In this document: positions 8,598 to 16,173 of the stretch, in pieces | Numbering within the stretch: the first letter of the stretch is position 1 | Layout: each line of letters begins with the position of its first letter | Assembly: GCF_040450955.1 (NCBI RefSeq) | Contig: NZ_CP144373.1 | Span: forward strand, 816,486-848,485 | DNA from: Thermodesulfovibrio autotrophicus | Lineage (GTDB): Bacteria; Nitrospirota; Thermodesulfovibrionia; Thermodesulfovibrionales; Thermodesulfovibrionaceae | Reading direction: 5' to 3' | Length of the DNA: 32,000 bases | Program-made: the position numbers and the translations under genes | The notes under the pieces: model-generated | Database searches by the model: none | What the model was told of the DNA's origin: nothing | What the model saw: the letters and a program-made list of their open reading frames with translations, nothing else

Positions 8598-9672
8598 AAA
8601 CAAGCATTCCTCTATCCGTAAGTTTCACTTTGTTGTCTGAAATGGTGAGCAGTTTTTCCTTTTCAAAATTCTTTAAAAACTCAAGTAAACATCTTTTTTT
8701 AAGAGTGATGCCTTCTGTCATCCTCAGCCCGAGAAAAATCTTTTCTTTTAATTCTTCCACCTTATCAACAGAATAATCATATACCCATCCTGCTTTACAA
8801 TCAGTTAAAGAACTGGCATAAAGAAATAAATCAGAAGGATTGTGAAACCTTTTTCTATCAATAAATGAATGAGCTGAAGGACCAACTCCGAGATATGGTT
8901 TTCTTAACCAGTATGAAATATTGTGTTTGCATTCAAATCCTGCCCGGGCAAAGTTTGATATCTCGTACTTTTTAAAGCCCTTTTCCTTAAGAAAATCTGA
9001 AGCAAATTCATACATTAGAGCAATATCATCCTGTGAAGGGAGTGAAATCTTCCCAGCATTAAGCTCTTTTCTAAGTGGAGTAGTTTCTTCCACTGACAAT
9101 TCATATACTGAAATGTGGCTTACAACTGTATTCACTGCTTTATTAAGAGTCTCCTTCCAGCTTTTCAATCTCTGTGCTGGAATTCCATAAATCAGGTCAA
9201 TTGATATATTTTCAAAGCCTTTTTTAAATGCAGTTTCAACTGTTTTCATTGCCTCATCAGCTGTATGAATTCTTCCTAAAACTAAAAGCTCTTTATCATT
9301 AAATGACTGCACTCCAATACTTAATCTATTAACTCCATAATTTTTTAATAAATCCAGCTTCTCACTGCCAAGAGTTTTAGGATTTATCTCCACTGAAAAC
9401 TCCACATCTCGGGATGTTTTAAAATTTTTTCTCAAACCTGAAAGAAGACTTTTCAAGCCATCCATGCTCAAACATGAAGGCGTTCCTCCACCTATGTATA
9501 CTGTTTTAAGAAAATGGGGAAACTCTTTTGTCATTTCCATTTCTTTCAGAACTGCCTTAATGTAAAGCTTTTCTAAATCTTCATCATAGGGCAATGAATA
9601 GAAACTGCAGTATTTACATTTTTTTATACAAAAAGGAACATGAACATAAAGAGATGAAAAAAATGCAGTCAT
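8533..9672 (-). CDS. hemW: Radical-SAM heme chaperone HemW (HemN-like, oxygen-independent coproporphyrinogen oxidase family)
   Basis: 379 aa. LYVHVPFCIKKCKYCSF (CX3CX2C immediately after the N-terminus), GGGTPS motif, HemN C-terminal domain. Confidence 0.85.
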   Translation of the reverse strand: MTAFFSSLYVHVPFCIKKCKYCSFYSLPYDEDLEKLYIKAVLKEMEMTKEFPHFLKTVYIGGGTPSCLSMDGLKSLLSGLRKNFKTSRDVEFSVEINPKTLGSEKLDLLKNYGVNRLSIGVQSFNDKELLVLGRIHTADEAMKTVETAFKKGFENISIDLIYGIPAQRLKSWKETLNKAVNTVVSHISVYELSVEETTPLRKELNAGKISLPSQDDIALMYEFASDFLKEKGFKKYEISNFARAGFECKHNISYWLRKPYLGVGPSAHSFIDRKRFHNPSDLFLYASSLTDCKAGWVYDYSVDKVEELKEKIFLGLRMTEGITLKKRCLLEFLKNFEKEKLLTISDNKVKLTDRGMLVSNEIFARVLLHIENCPVCKQE

Positions 9673-9676
9673 AGTT

Positions 9677-9682
9677 TATAAT
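9677..9682 (+). promoter_or_regulatory. Perfect TATAAT hexamer 7 nt upstream of the radical-SAM ATG, within the 17-bp divergent intergenic region
   Basis: TATAAT at 9677-9682, then aactcaa and ATG at 9690. No SD. Its reverse complement lies just upstream of the hemW ATG (9672). Confidence 0.3.
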
Positions 9683-9689
9683 AACTCAA

Positions 9690-10664
9690 ATGAAATTCAT
9701 TGAAAAAATCCTGATGCCCCGGCTTGACTGGATTCAAATTGAGATTTCAGGGCTATGTAATGCTTCCTGCTTTTACTGTCCTCATACAACGCACAGAAGA
9801 TCGTGGAAAGGAAAAAATCTCAGTCTTTATGAATTTTCTCTTATTGAACCATATCTTAAAAAAGTGAAACTCCTTTATCTTCAGGGATGGGGTGAACCCT
9901 TTTGTAATCCCGATTTTTTTAAATTTGTAGAGATTGCAAAAAAACATGGATGCAAAGTTGGCACAACAACGAATGGAATGTTAATTGAGCAATTCCACAT
10001 AGAAAGAATAATTGACCTTCAGATAGATGTAATAGCTTTTTCCCTTACAGGAATAAAGCAAAATGATACATTGCGTTCTGGAACAAAGATTGACAGGGTT
10101 TTTAAGGTAATTGAGCAATTAGATAAAATGAAAATAAAAAAAGGAGTTTCAAATCCAAAGATTCACATTGCTTACATGCTTTTAAGGTCAAATCTTGAGG
10201 AGCTGGAAGAAATTCCTGAGAGTTTCAGCAAAAGAGGCATTGACCATGTTGTGGTAAGTCTTCTTGATTTTATTCCTGAGTCTTTTCTTAGCAATGAATC
10301 TCTTGTCCCTCAGACGGAGGAAGAATTTAATATCTTAAAAAATAAAGCACTCAATGTTATAAAAGAAGGGAAAAAATTTGATCTATCAATATCTTTTAAC
10401 ATACCTCATCCATTCAGAAAAGGAAAAACCTGCTCTGAAAATCCTTTGAATTCAGTTTTTATAAACTCTCTTGGATATGTTTCTCCATGCGTATTCACAG
10501 GGGTCCCGGCAGAAGGATTTAAAAGTATTTATTTTGGGCGAATAACTGAAAAAACCCTACCATCTATCTTAAGAAACTCAAAGGATTTCAGGAAGAAGTT
10601 TATTTCAAACAATTCCACTCTTGCATGCAATATTTGTCCAAAACGCAGGATATTAGAATTGTAA
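9690..10664 (+). CDS. Radical SAM protein with C-terminal SPASM/twitch-like Cys-rich domain, function unknown
   Basis: 324 aa. CNASCFYC (CX3CX2C) at residues about 23-30, GWGEPF, TTTNG. C-terminal CSENP...GYVSPCVF...CNICPKRR. Confidence 0.8.
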   Translation: MKFIEKILMPRLDWIQIEISGLCNASCFYCPHTTHRRSWKGKNLSLYEFSLIEPYLKKVKLLYLQGWGEPFCNPDFFKFVEIAKKHGCKVGTTTNGMLIEQFHIERIIDLQIDVIAFSLTGIKQNDTLRSGTKIDRVFKVIEQLDKMKIKKGVSNPKIHIAYMLLRSNLEELEEIPESFSKRGIDHVVVSLLDFIPESFLSNESLVPQTEEEFNILKNKALNVIKEGKKFDLSISFNIPHPFRKGKTCSENPLNSVFINSLGYVSPCVFTGVPAEGFKSIYFGRITEKTLPSILRNSKDFRKKFISNNSTLACNICPKRRILEL

Positions 10665-10668
10665 ATTA

Positions 10669-10690
10669 AGGGGAGGACTTAACCTCCCCT
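10669..10690. terminator. GC-rich hairpin between convergent genes (possible bidirectional terminator)
   Basis: A-GGGGAGG (10669-10676), loop acttaa, CCTCCCC-T (10683-10690). Flanking T/A tracts are weak on both strands. Confidence 0.45.
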
Positions 10691-10699
10691 CGGTAAAAG

Positions 10700-11443
10700 T
10701 TATTTCTTTACTTCTTCTGTTGTTTTCTGAGCGAGATATTTGATGAAGCTTGAAGTTGTTGAACCACTTCTTCCAACAAGTGTTCTTAAAACAGAGCCCC
10801 AGAATGCAACAGATTCAGATATTTTTGGATTCTCTGTAAGCTTGTAAACCTTTGGTGAATCCTTGAGGGCAAATACAACTCCCAGTCCTCCAAGGTCTGT
10901 CTCACCATAAAGCTTGAATCCCTTAGCCTTTGCTTCTTTGATAAGCGCGTCTCTGTCACCGAATTTAATAGCTCCTGTTGGACAGGTCTTTGCACAAGCA
11001 GGAGTAAGTCCAGCCTGAACTCTGTCAATACACATGTGACACTTTGATATCTTTCCTTTTCCACCCTGGTCATATCTCGGTATGTCAAATGGACAGGCAG
11101 AACGACAGGCATGACAGGCTATACATTTGTTCTTGTTATAGTAAACAATGCCTGTTTCTTTTTCTTTCTGAAGTGCACCAACAGGGCATATCTGAACACA
11201 TGCAGGTTCACCACAGTGCATGCATCTTTGGCTTACAAAAAGCCATTTTACTCCTTTAGAGTCAGATGTCTCAATAAACCTGATTCTGTTGTATGTATTC
11301 CCATCAAGGTCAGGTGGATTTTCATGGGTTCCGTTGTTTTTTGTCTTTGTTGCAGGAAGCTGATTCCACTCCTTGCACGCAACCTGACAGGCTCTGCATC
11401 CTATGCATATATCTGGTGTTATTAACAGTCCTTTACGTGCCAT
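10700..11443 (-). CDS. fdhB: Formate dehydrogenase iron-sulfur (beta) subunit, 4x[4Fe-4S]-type ferredoxin domain
   Basis: 247 aa. Cys clusters CIGCRACQVAC, CMHCGEPACVQICP, CIACHACRSACP, CHMC...CAKTCP. Starts 10 nt after the alpha-subunit stop. No convincing C-terminal TM helix. Confidence 0.9.
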   Translation of the reverse strand: MARKGLLITPDICIGCRACQVACKEWNQLPATKTKNNGTHENPPDLDGNTYNRIRFIETSDSKGVKWLFVSQRCMHCGEPACVQICPVGALQKEKETGIVYYNKNKCIACHACRSACPFDIPRYDQGGKGKISKCHMCIDRVQAGLTPACAKTCPTGAIKFGDRDALIKEAKAKGFKLYGETDLGGLGVVFALKDSPKVYKLTENPKISESVAFWGSVLRTLVGRSGSTTSSFIKYLAQKTTEEVKK

Positions 11444-11453
11444 TTTTCACCTC

Positions 11454-14400
11454 CTATGCCTTCTCTATGTTTACCATGAATGCCTTCGTCTCAGGTATCA
11501 TGGTATTGGGATCACCCACTGATGGCGTGAGAAGATTTGCACTGTCTCCACCAGAACCGTCCTTGGGCCACTGCCATCCAAAGTGCCATGGGAGTCCTAC
11601 AACATGAATGGTCTGACCCATTACCTTAAGAGGTTGTAACCTCGGTGTCACAATTGCAATTGCCCAGAGCTTTCCTCTTGCTGATGAGACAATCACTTTA
11701 TCTCCGCTCTTTATTCCCTTTTCCTTTGCAAGCACTGGATCAATCTCTGCAAATACCTGTGGCTCAAGTTCAAGTAGCCAGTCTGTATGTCTTGTCATTA
11801 CTCCTGTCTGCCAGTGCTCTGTTAATCTATAAGTTGTTCCCACATATGGGTATCTTGTGTCACAAAATACAAATGCATCTGCCTCTGTGCCAAAAAGTTT
11901 TACTGTTGGATTTATTCTGTGTTTCTTATAAATAGGATTTTCAGAGAATGGGCACTCAAGTGGCTCATAATGAGTCGGGAATGGTCCATCTGCTAATCCA
12001 GCACCAAATATTGCACCAACTCCAAGAGGTTTCATTATGAATGGAAGCTTTCCACCTTGCATTGCAAGTGGTGGTGCAGGTCCATCTGGCACATCTCCTA
12101 CCCATTTTTTGTTTGCTGTATCCCATTTAATTACAGCTCTCTTTGGATCCCATGGATTACCCTGTGGGTCAACGCTTGCGCGGTTGTAAAGTATTCTTCT
12201 GTTTACAGGCCAGCACCATGCCCAGTTTGGATAAAGCCCAAGTCCTGTTGGATCTTCTTTCCCTCTTCTTGCCATCATATTACCTTTTTCTGTGAAACTT
12301 CCGCAGTAAAGCCAGTTTCCAGAAGAGGTTTTGCCATCATCCCTTAGAAAGACAAAGCTCGGGACAAGTTCACCTTTTTTACCTATGAGTTTGCCGTCTT
12401 TATCATACACATCCTCAAGATAGTAGCCATTGATCTCCTTTGCAATAAGCTTTGTATCAATGTGTTTTACTTTTCCATTTACATCCTTTTCACCATAGTT
12501 CCATGTAAGATGAATAATTGGCTCAGGAAATGCTCCCTTTTCTTTTTCATAAAGTTTCTTTACTCTGAAGTAAAGCTCATTCATTATCTCTGCATCTGGC
12601 ATTGCTTTGCCTGGAGGATTAACTGCCTTGTATCTCCACTGGGCAAGTCGTCCTGAGTTTGTGATACTTCCTTCTTTTTCCACTGAGCTTGCACATGGTA
12701 GTAAAAATACCTCTGTTTTTATCTTCTTCGGATCCATGCCAGGACCACGCCAGAATGAAGCTGTTTCATTATCCCAGAGATTAACTACTACGAGCCAGTC
12801 AAGCTTAGCAAGAGCTTTTCTTGTTTTGTTGGAATTTGCACCTGAACATGCAGGGTTCTGTCCCCAGGCAAAGAATCCTTTAATATTACCTTTGTACATC
12901 TGGTCAAATATCATAAGCCATGAGCAGTTCTGTCCATCATCTCTCTTGGGAAGATAACTGTAACAGAAGTCATTCTCTTTTGTGGCTTTATCACCGTACA
13001 ATGCCTTAAGATAACTGACAATGTATTTTGGTCTATTGGACCACCAGTTAACACTCTTCGGTTCTTTTGTTTTCGGTGTGTATTTTTCAATGTATGTTTT
13101 AAGGTCTACATCGCTCGCCACCGGTGTGGGATTGTATCCTGTAAGGATATGGAAAAGAATTCCATGGTCTGTTGAGCCCTGAACATTAGACTCACCTCTC
13201 AGAGCATTTACTCCTCCGCCAGCCATTCCGATATTGCCAAGTAACATTTGGACAATAGAAAAAGCTCTTATATTCTGAACACCTACTGTGTGCTGGGTCC
13301 AGCCCATTGCATAACATTCTGTCATGACTTTGTCAGGCTTACCTGTTGATGCGAGAATTTTGTATGCTTCTTCAATCTTTTCCTTTGGTGCTCCTGTAAT
13401 TTGTGCTACTGTATCAATTGTGTATCTTGAGTATTGTTTCTTTAGTAACTGAAAAACACAGTTTGGATGCTGAAGTGTTGGATCTTTCTTTGGCACTCCA
13501 TTTTCATCAAGCTGATACTTCCATGTGGATTTGTCATAAGCTCTCTTTTTCTCATCATATCCTGAGAATACGCCATCAAGCTCTTCAGCAGTTTTAAAGT
13601 TTGGATCAACAAGGAATGACGCATCTGTATAGTTTACTACATAGTCTTTGAAATAGAGATTGTTGTCAATTATATATTTAATCAATCCACCAAGAAATAC
13701 AATATCTGTTCCAGAACGAATTGGAACATAAAGGTCTGCCTTTGAAGCTGTTCTCGTGAATTTTGGATCAACAACAACGAGTTTGGCACCTCTCTGTTCC
13801 TTAGCCTTCATTATCCATTTCATTGAGATTGGATGATTTTCTGCGGGATTACCACCCATTACTAAAATAACATCCGCATTTCTTAAATCAATCCAGTGAT
13901 TTGTCATTGCTCCTCTACCAAACGACTCTGCCAGAGCCGCTACAGTAGCGGAGTGTCATATACGCGCCTGATGTTCAATGTAGACAAGCCCCCAGGAACG
14001 CATTAATTTTTGAATAAGATAGCATTCTTCATTATCCATAGCAGCTGAACCAACATGAGCAATAGCATCTACTCTGTTTACAATCTGTCCCTTATCATTC
14101 TTTTTAATAAAATACTTGTCCCTCGTCTTCTTTACAAGCCGTGCTATCTTGTTTAAAGCCTCCTCCCAGCTTATCTTTTTCCACTCTGTAGCTCCAGGTG
14201 CACGATAAAGTGGTTCTGTAACCCTATAAGGATTGTTTGCAATCTGATAGATTGATGCACCCTTTGGACATAGTGCTCCCTCATTAATAGGACTATCAGG
14301 GTCACCTTCTGTGTTTACTACTTTACCATCCTTAACAGAAACAATAATGCTGCAACCAACTGAACAGTAAGGACACACTGTGGTTGTCTCCTTAGCGCCC

Positions 14401-14513
14401 TTTGTTCTCAGCTCTGCTGCATAGGCTTTTGCAGGCTCAAGATTAAGCCCCAGCGAGCTGAGAAGCAGAGCGCCTGTGGAGATTTTCAGAAAACTTCGTC
14501 TTGTAAGTTCCAT
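11454..14513 (-). CDS. fdhA: Formate dehydrogenase catalytic (alpha) subunit, Mo/W-bis-PGD family, selenocysteine-containing, Tat-exported (1019 aa after merging two track ORFs)
   Basis: Track ORFs 13956..14513 and 11454..13907 are in the same frame, separated only by TGA plus 16 sense codons. Tat signal MELTRRSFLK...AKAYA, [4Fe-4S] motif CPYCSVGC, and IEHQARI-U-HSATVAALAESFGRGAMTNHW across the UGA. SD AAGGAGGAGG upstream of ATG 14513. Confidence 0.9.
13924..13951 (-). promoter_or_regulatory. Candidate bacterial SECIS hairpin(s) immediately 3' of the UGA
   Basis: The mRNA reads UGA CACU CCGCUA-CUG-UAGCGG (13951..13937). This overlaps GGCUC-UGGCA-GAGUC (13938..13924). The apical loop of the second hairpin starts about 22 nt after the UGA and has a G at its second position. 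Folded by eye only. Confidence 0.4.
13956..13958 (-). other. In-frame UGA read as selenocysteine (codon 186 of fdhA)
   Basis: tca on the plus strand is TGA on the minus strand. The flanking HQARI_HSxTV context matches the Sec/Cys active-site column of FdnG/FdhA-type enzymes. Confidence 0.85.
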
Positions 14514-14538
14514 AAACCTCCTCCTTCTTTAGTTTTTT

Positions 14539-14586
14539 AAATAAAAAAAGGGAAGCTTTGAGGTTTCATACCTCAACTGCTTCCCC
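14539..14586 (-). terminator. Strong intrinsic terminator-like hairpin plus U7 tract, inside the fdhA 5' leader
   Basis: Minus strand: GGGAAGC-A-G-UUGAGGU, loop AUGAA, ACCUCAA-A-GCUUCCC, then UUUUUUUAUUU. That is 14 bp with a small internal loop, ending about 25 nt before ATG 14513 and just before the SD. Confidence 0.7.
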
Positions 14587-14591
14587 TGTCC

Positions 14592-14635
14592 ACCGATTAA
14601 ACTTATCAGGGGGCTGTATGGAAAAGTTAATCGGT
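14592..14635 (-). promoter_or_regulatory. Leader helix (9-bp perfect stem, 26-nt loop) upstream of the terminator; candidate sensor/antiterminator element
   Basis: Minus strand ACCGAUUAA (14635..14627) pairs with UUAAUCGGU (14600..14592). The loop contains CCCCCUG (14613..14607), complementary to CAGGGG (14588..14583), which overlaps the 5' arm of the terminator. Confidence 0.3.
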
Positions 14636-14654
14636 TCATCTATTTCATCTATTA

Positions 14655-14669
14655 ACAATATATATGCCA
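14655..14669 (-). promoter_or_regulatory. Sigma-54-type -24/-12 promoter candidate (TGGCAT-N5-TTGT) facing fdhA
   Basis: Minus strand reads cTGGCATatataTTGTt. The GG-N10-G spacing is correct, with T instead of C at the -12 GC. It is the only TGGCA in the 250-bp intergenic region, and it sits directly downstream of a sigma-54 activator gene. Confidence 0.45.
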
Positions 14670-14763
14670 GATAAAATTTCTAAATAATTCAGAGACTTTT
14701 TAAATAAAAAGGGTGCAACCATATTTGCTGAGACTTTAATTTAGAAAAAATTTTTTCAGGGGA

Positions 14764-16173
14764 CTATTTTTTATGCAGTTTATGCAATCTTTTATTAAGT
14801 GCCTGCCTTGTTATACCAAGCATTTTAGCTGCGATACCCTGATTACCTTTAGCTCTTCTTAAGGCTTCATGGATAAGGAGTTCTTCCATCTCCTTTAATG
14901 TGGGAAGTTTATCGGGAAATCTCATCTGTATATAAAATTTTACTATCTCACTTTTAAGCTCTTTATCAATGGAATTGCTTATGTCTATCATGTCTTTGAA
15001 GACTTCCAGTGAGAGAATAGAGGATTTACATCGAGCTACTGCATCATAAACTATCATCTCTAATTCTCTTATATTGCCCGGAAAGGAGTAGTTCACTAAA
15101 AGTATTAATAACTCTTCTGGATACTTGGGAGGTTTTTTCCCCAATTGTTTTGCAGCCTCTTTAATAAAATGGTCAAGTAAAACAGGTATATCATCCTTTC
15201 TTTCCCTTAAAGGTGGAAGATGAACATGATGTGCTTTAAGTCTGTAAAATAGATCCTTTCTGAAGGCTCCTCTGTTAACCATATCATGTATATCCTGATT
15301 TGTGGCAACTATAATTCTTGCATCACTGCTTTTTGGAATATCTGAACCAAGAGGATAATAAACTTTCTCCTGAATAACCCTTAAAAGCTTAAGTTGAGAG
15401 GCTTCAGATAAATCTCCGATTTCATCAAGAAAAAGAGTTCCTCCCTTTGCTCTTGAAATAAGTCCTTCCCTGGTTGAGATAGCTCCTGTAAAAGCTCCTT
15501 TTCTGTGACCAAAAAGTGTATCAGAAAACATATTATCATCAAGCCCTGCAACATTTACTGCTACAAAATCACCTTTTCTGCCACTTATTTTATGAATTGC
15601 TCTTGCTACAAGTTCCTTTCCTGTTCCTGTTTCACCTGTTATTAAAACAGGTTGCTCTGTTTTGGATATTACTTCTACGTATTTAAAAATACCTCTCATT
15701 CTCTGATTTACAGTGATAATTTCTGAAAAAGCCTCTTCATGTTCGAGTCTATCCTCTATCAAGCGATGCTTTAATCCTGAAATCTCCTCCTTAAGGCGAT
15801 TCATTTCCAGTGCTTTTTTTATTGATGAAATCAGCTTATTTTTTTCAACAGGCTTTACCAGATAATCTGAAGCACCTATTTTTATGCACTCAACAGCTGT
15901 TTCTATGTCTTTTATTGCTGTTAAGACAATTACAGGAATTTCTGGATATTCCACTGATAAGTATTTTAAAAGTTCAAAACCTGAGATATGGGGCATTGAA
16001 AGGTCAAGAAGTAAAATAGAAAATGATCTTTCTTTTAAAACAACAGGAAGTTCTCGTGGGTCCTCAATTAAAACAACATCATTAATTCCAGACTGTTTTA
16101 GAATTAATGAGTAGGTATATAAAGACTCTCTCTCATCGTCTATTATTGCAACAGAGTAATTAAAGTTTTCCAT
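14764..16173 (-). CDS. Sigma-54-dependent response regulator (NtrC/AtoC family: REC + AAA+ + Fis-type HTH)
   Basis: 469 aa. REC domain (SILLLDLSMP, KP). Walker A GETGTGKE, GAFTGA loop (HRKGAFTGA), Walker B LFLDEIG. C-terminal HTH GNQGIAAKMLGITRQALNKRL. Confidence 0.9.
   Translation of the reverse strand: MENFNYSVAIIDDERESLYTYSLILKQSGINDVVLIEDPRELPVVLKERSFSILLLDLSMPHISGFELLKYLSVEYPEIPVIVLTAIKDIETAVECIKIGASDYLVKPVEKNKLISSIKKALEMNRLKEEISGLKHRLIEDRLEHEEAFSEIITVNQRMRGIFKYVEVISKTEQPVLITGETGTGKELVARAIHKISGRKGDFVAVNVAGLDDNMFSDTLFGHRKGAFTGAISTREGLISRAKGGTLFLDEIGDLSEASQLKLLRVIQEKVYYPLGSDIPKSSDARIIVATNQDIHDMVNRGAFRKDLFYRLKAHHVHLPPLRERKDDIPVLLDHFIKEAAKQLGKKPPKYPEELLILLVNYSFPGNIRELEMIVYDAVARCKSSILSLEVFKDMIDISNSIDKELKSEIVKFYIQMRFPDKLPTLKEMEELLIHEALRRAKGNQGIAAKMLGITRQALNKRLHKLHKK

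Noticed and set aside
10665-10699. Possible RiPP precursor or small gene downstream of the radical-SAM/SPASM gene.
   Set aside because: Only 35 nt separate it from the convergent fdhB stop, and a hairpin occupies that space. There is no room for an ORF.
10786-13624. Numerous 60-116-aa track ORFs inside fdhB and fdhA, in alternative minus frames or antisense (for example 10786..11112, 11111..11425, 12607..12957).
   Set aside because: All are nested in two strongly supported, motif-rich FDH genes. They have no SDs and no recognisable domains.
13908-13958. Reading the split FDH as a pseudogene or as two separate genes.
   Set aside because: The only interruption is a single TGA exactly at the conserved Sec/Cys active-site column. 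Both halves are in the same frame, with intact sense codons between them and an intact downstream beta subunit.
14618-14674. 18-codon plus-strand mini-ORF (MEKLIGSSISSINNIYAR) preceded by AGGGGG, and a 35-codon minus-strand ORF spanning the terminator.
   Set aside because: The plus ORF is antisense to the leader, and its SD is simply the complement of the CCCCCU loop. The minus ORF has no SD. Neither has supporting features.
14514-14700. Possible Moco/Tuco riboswitch, or preQ1-like tail (AAAAAACUAA before the SD), in the fdhA leader.
   Set aside because: I could not find the conserved Moco-motif elements as I recall them, and the structured part is much shorter than that motif. The A-rich pre-SD tail is probably just AT-rich spacer. 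I kept it only as an unclassified attenuator candidate.
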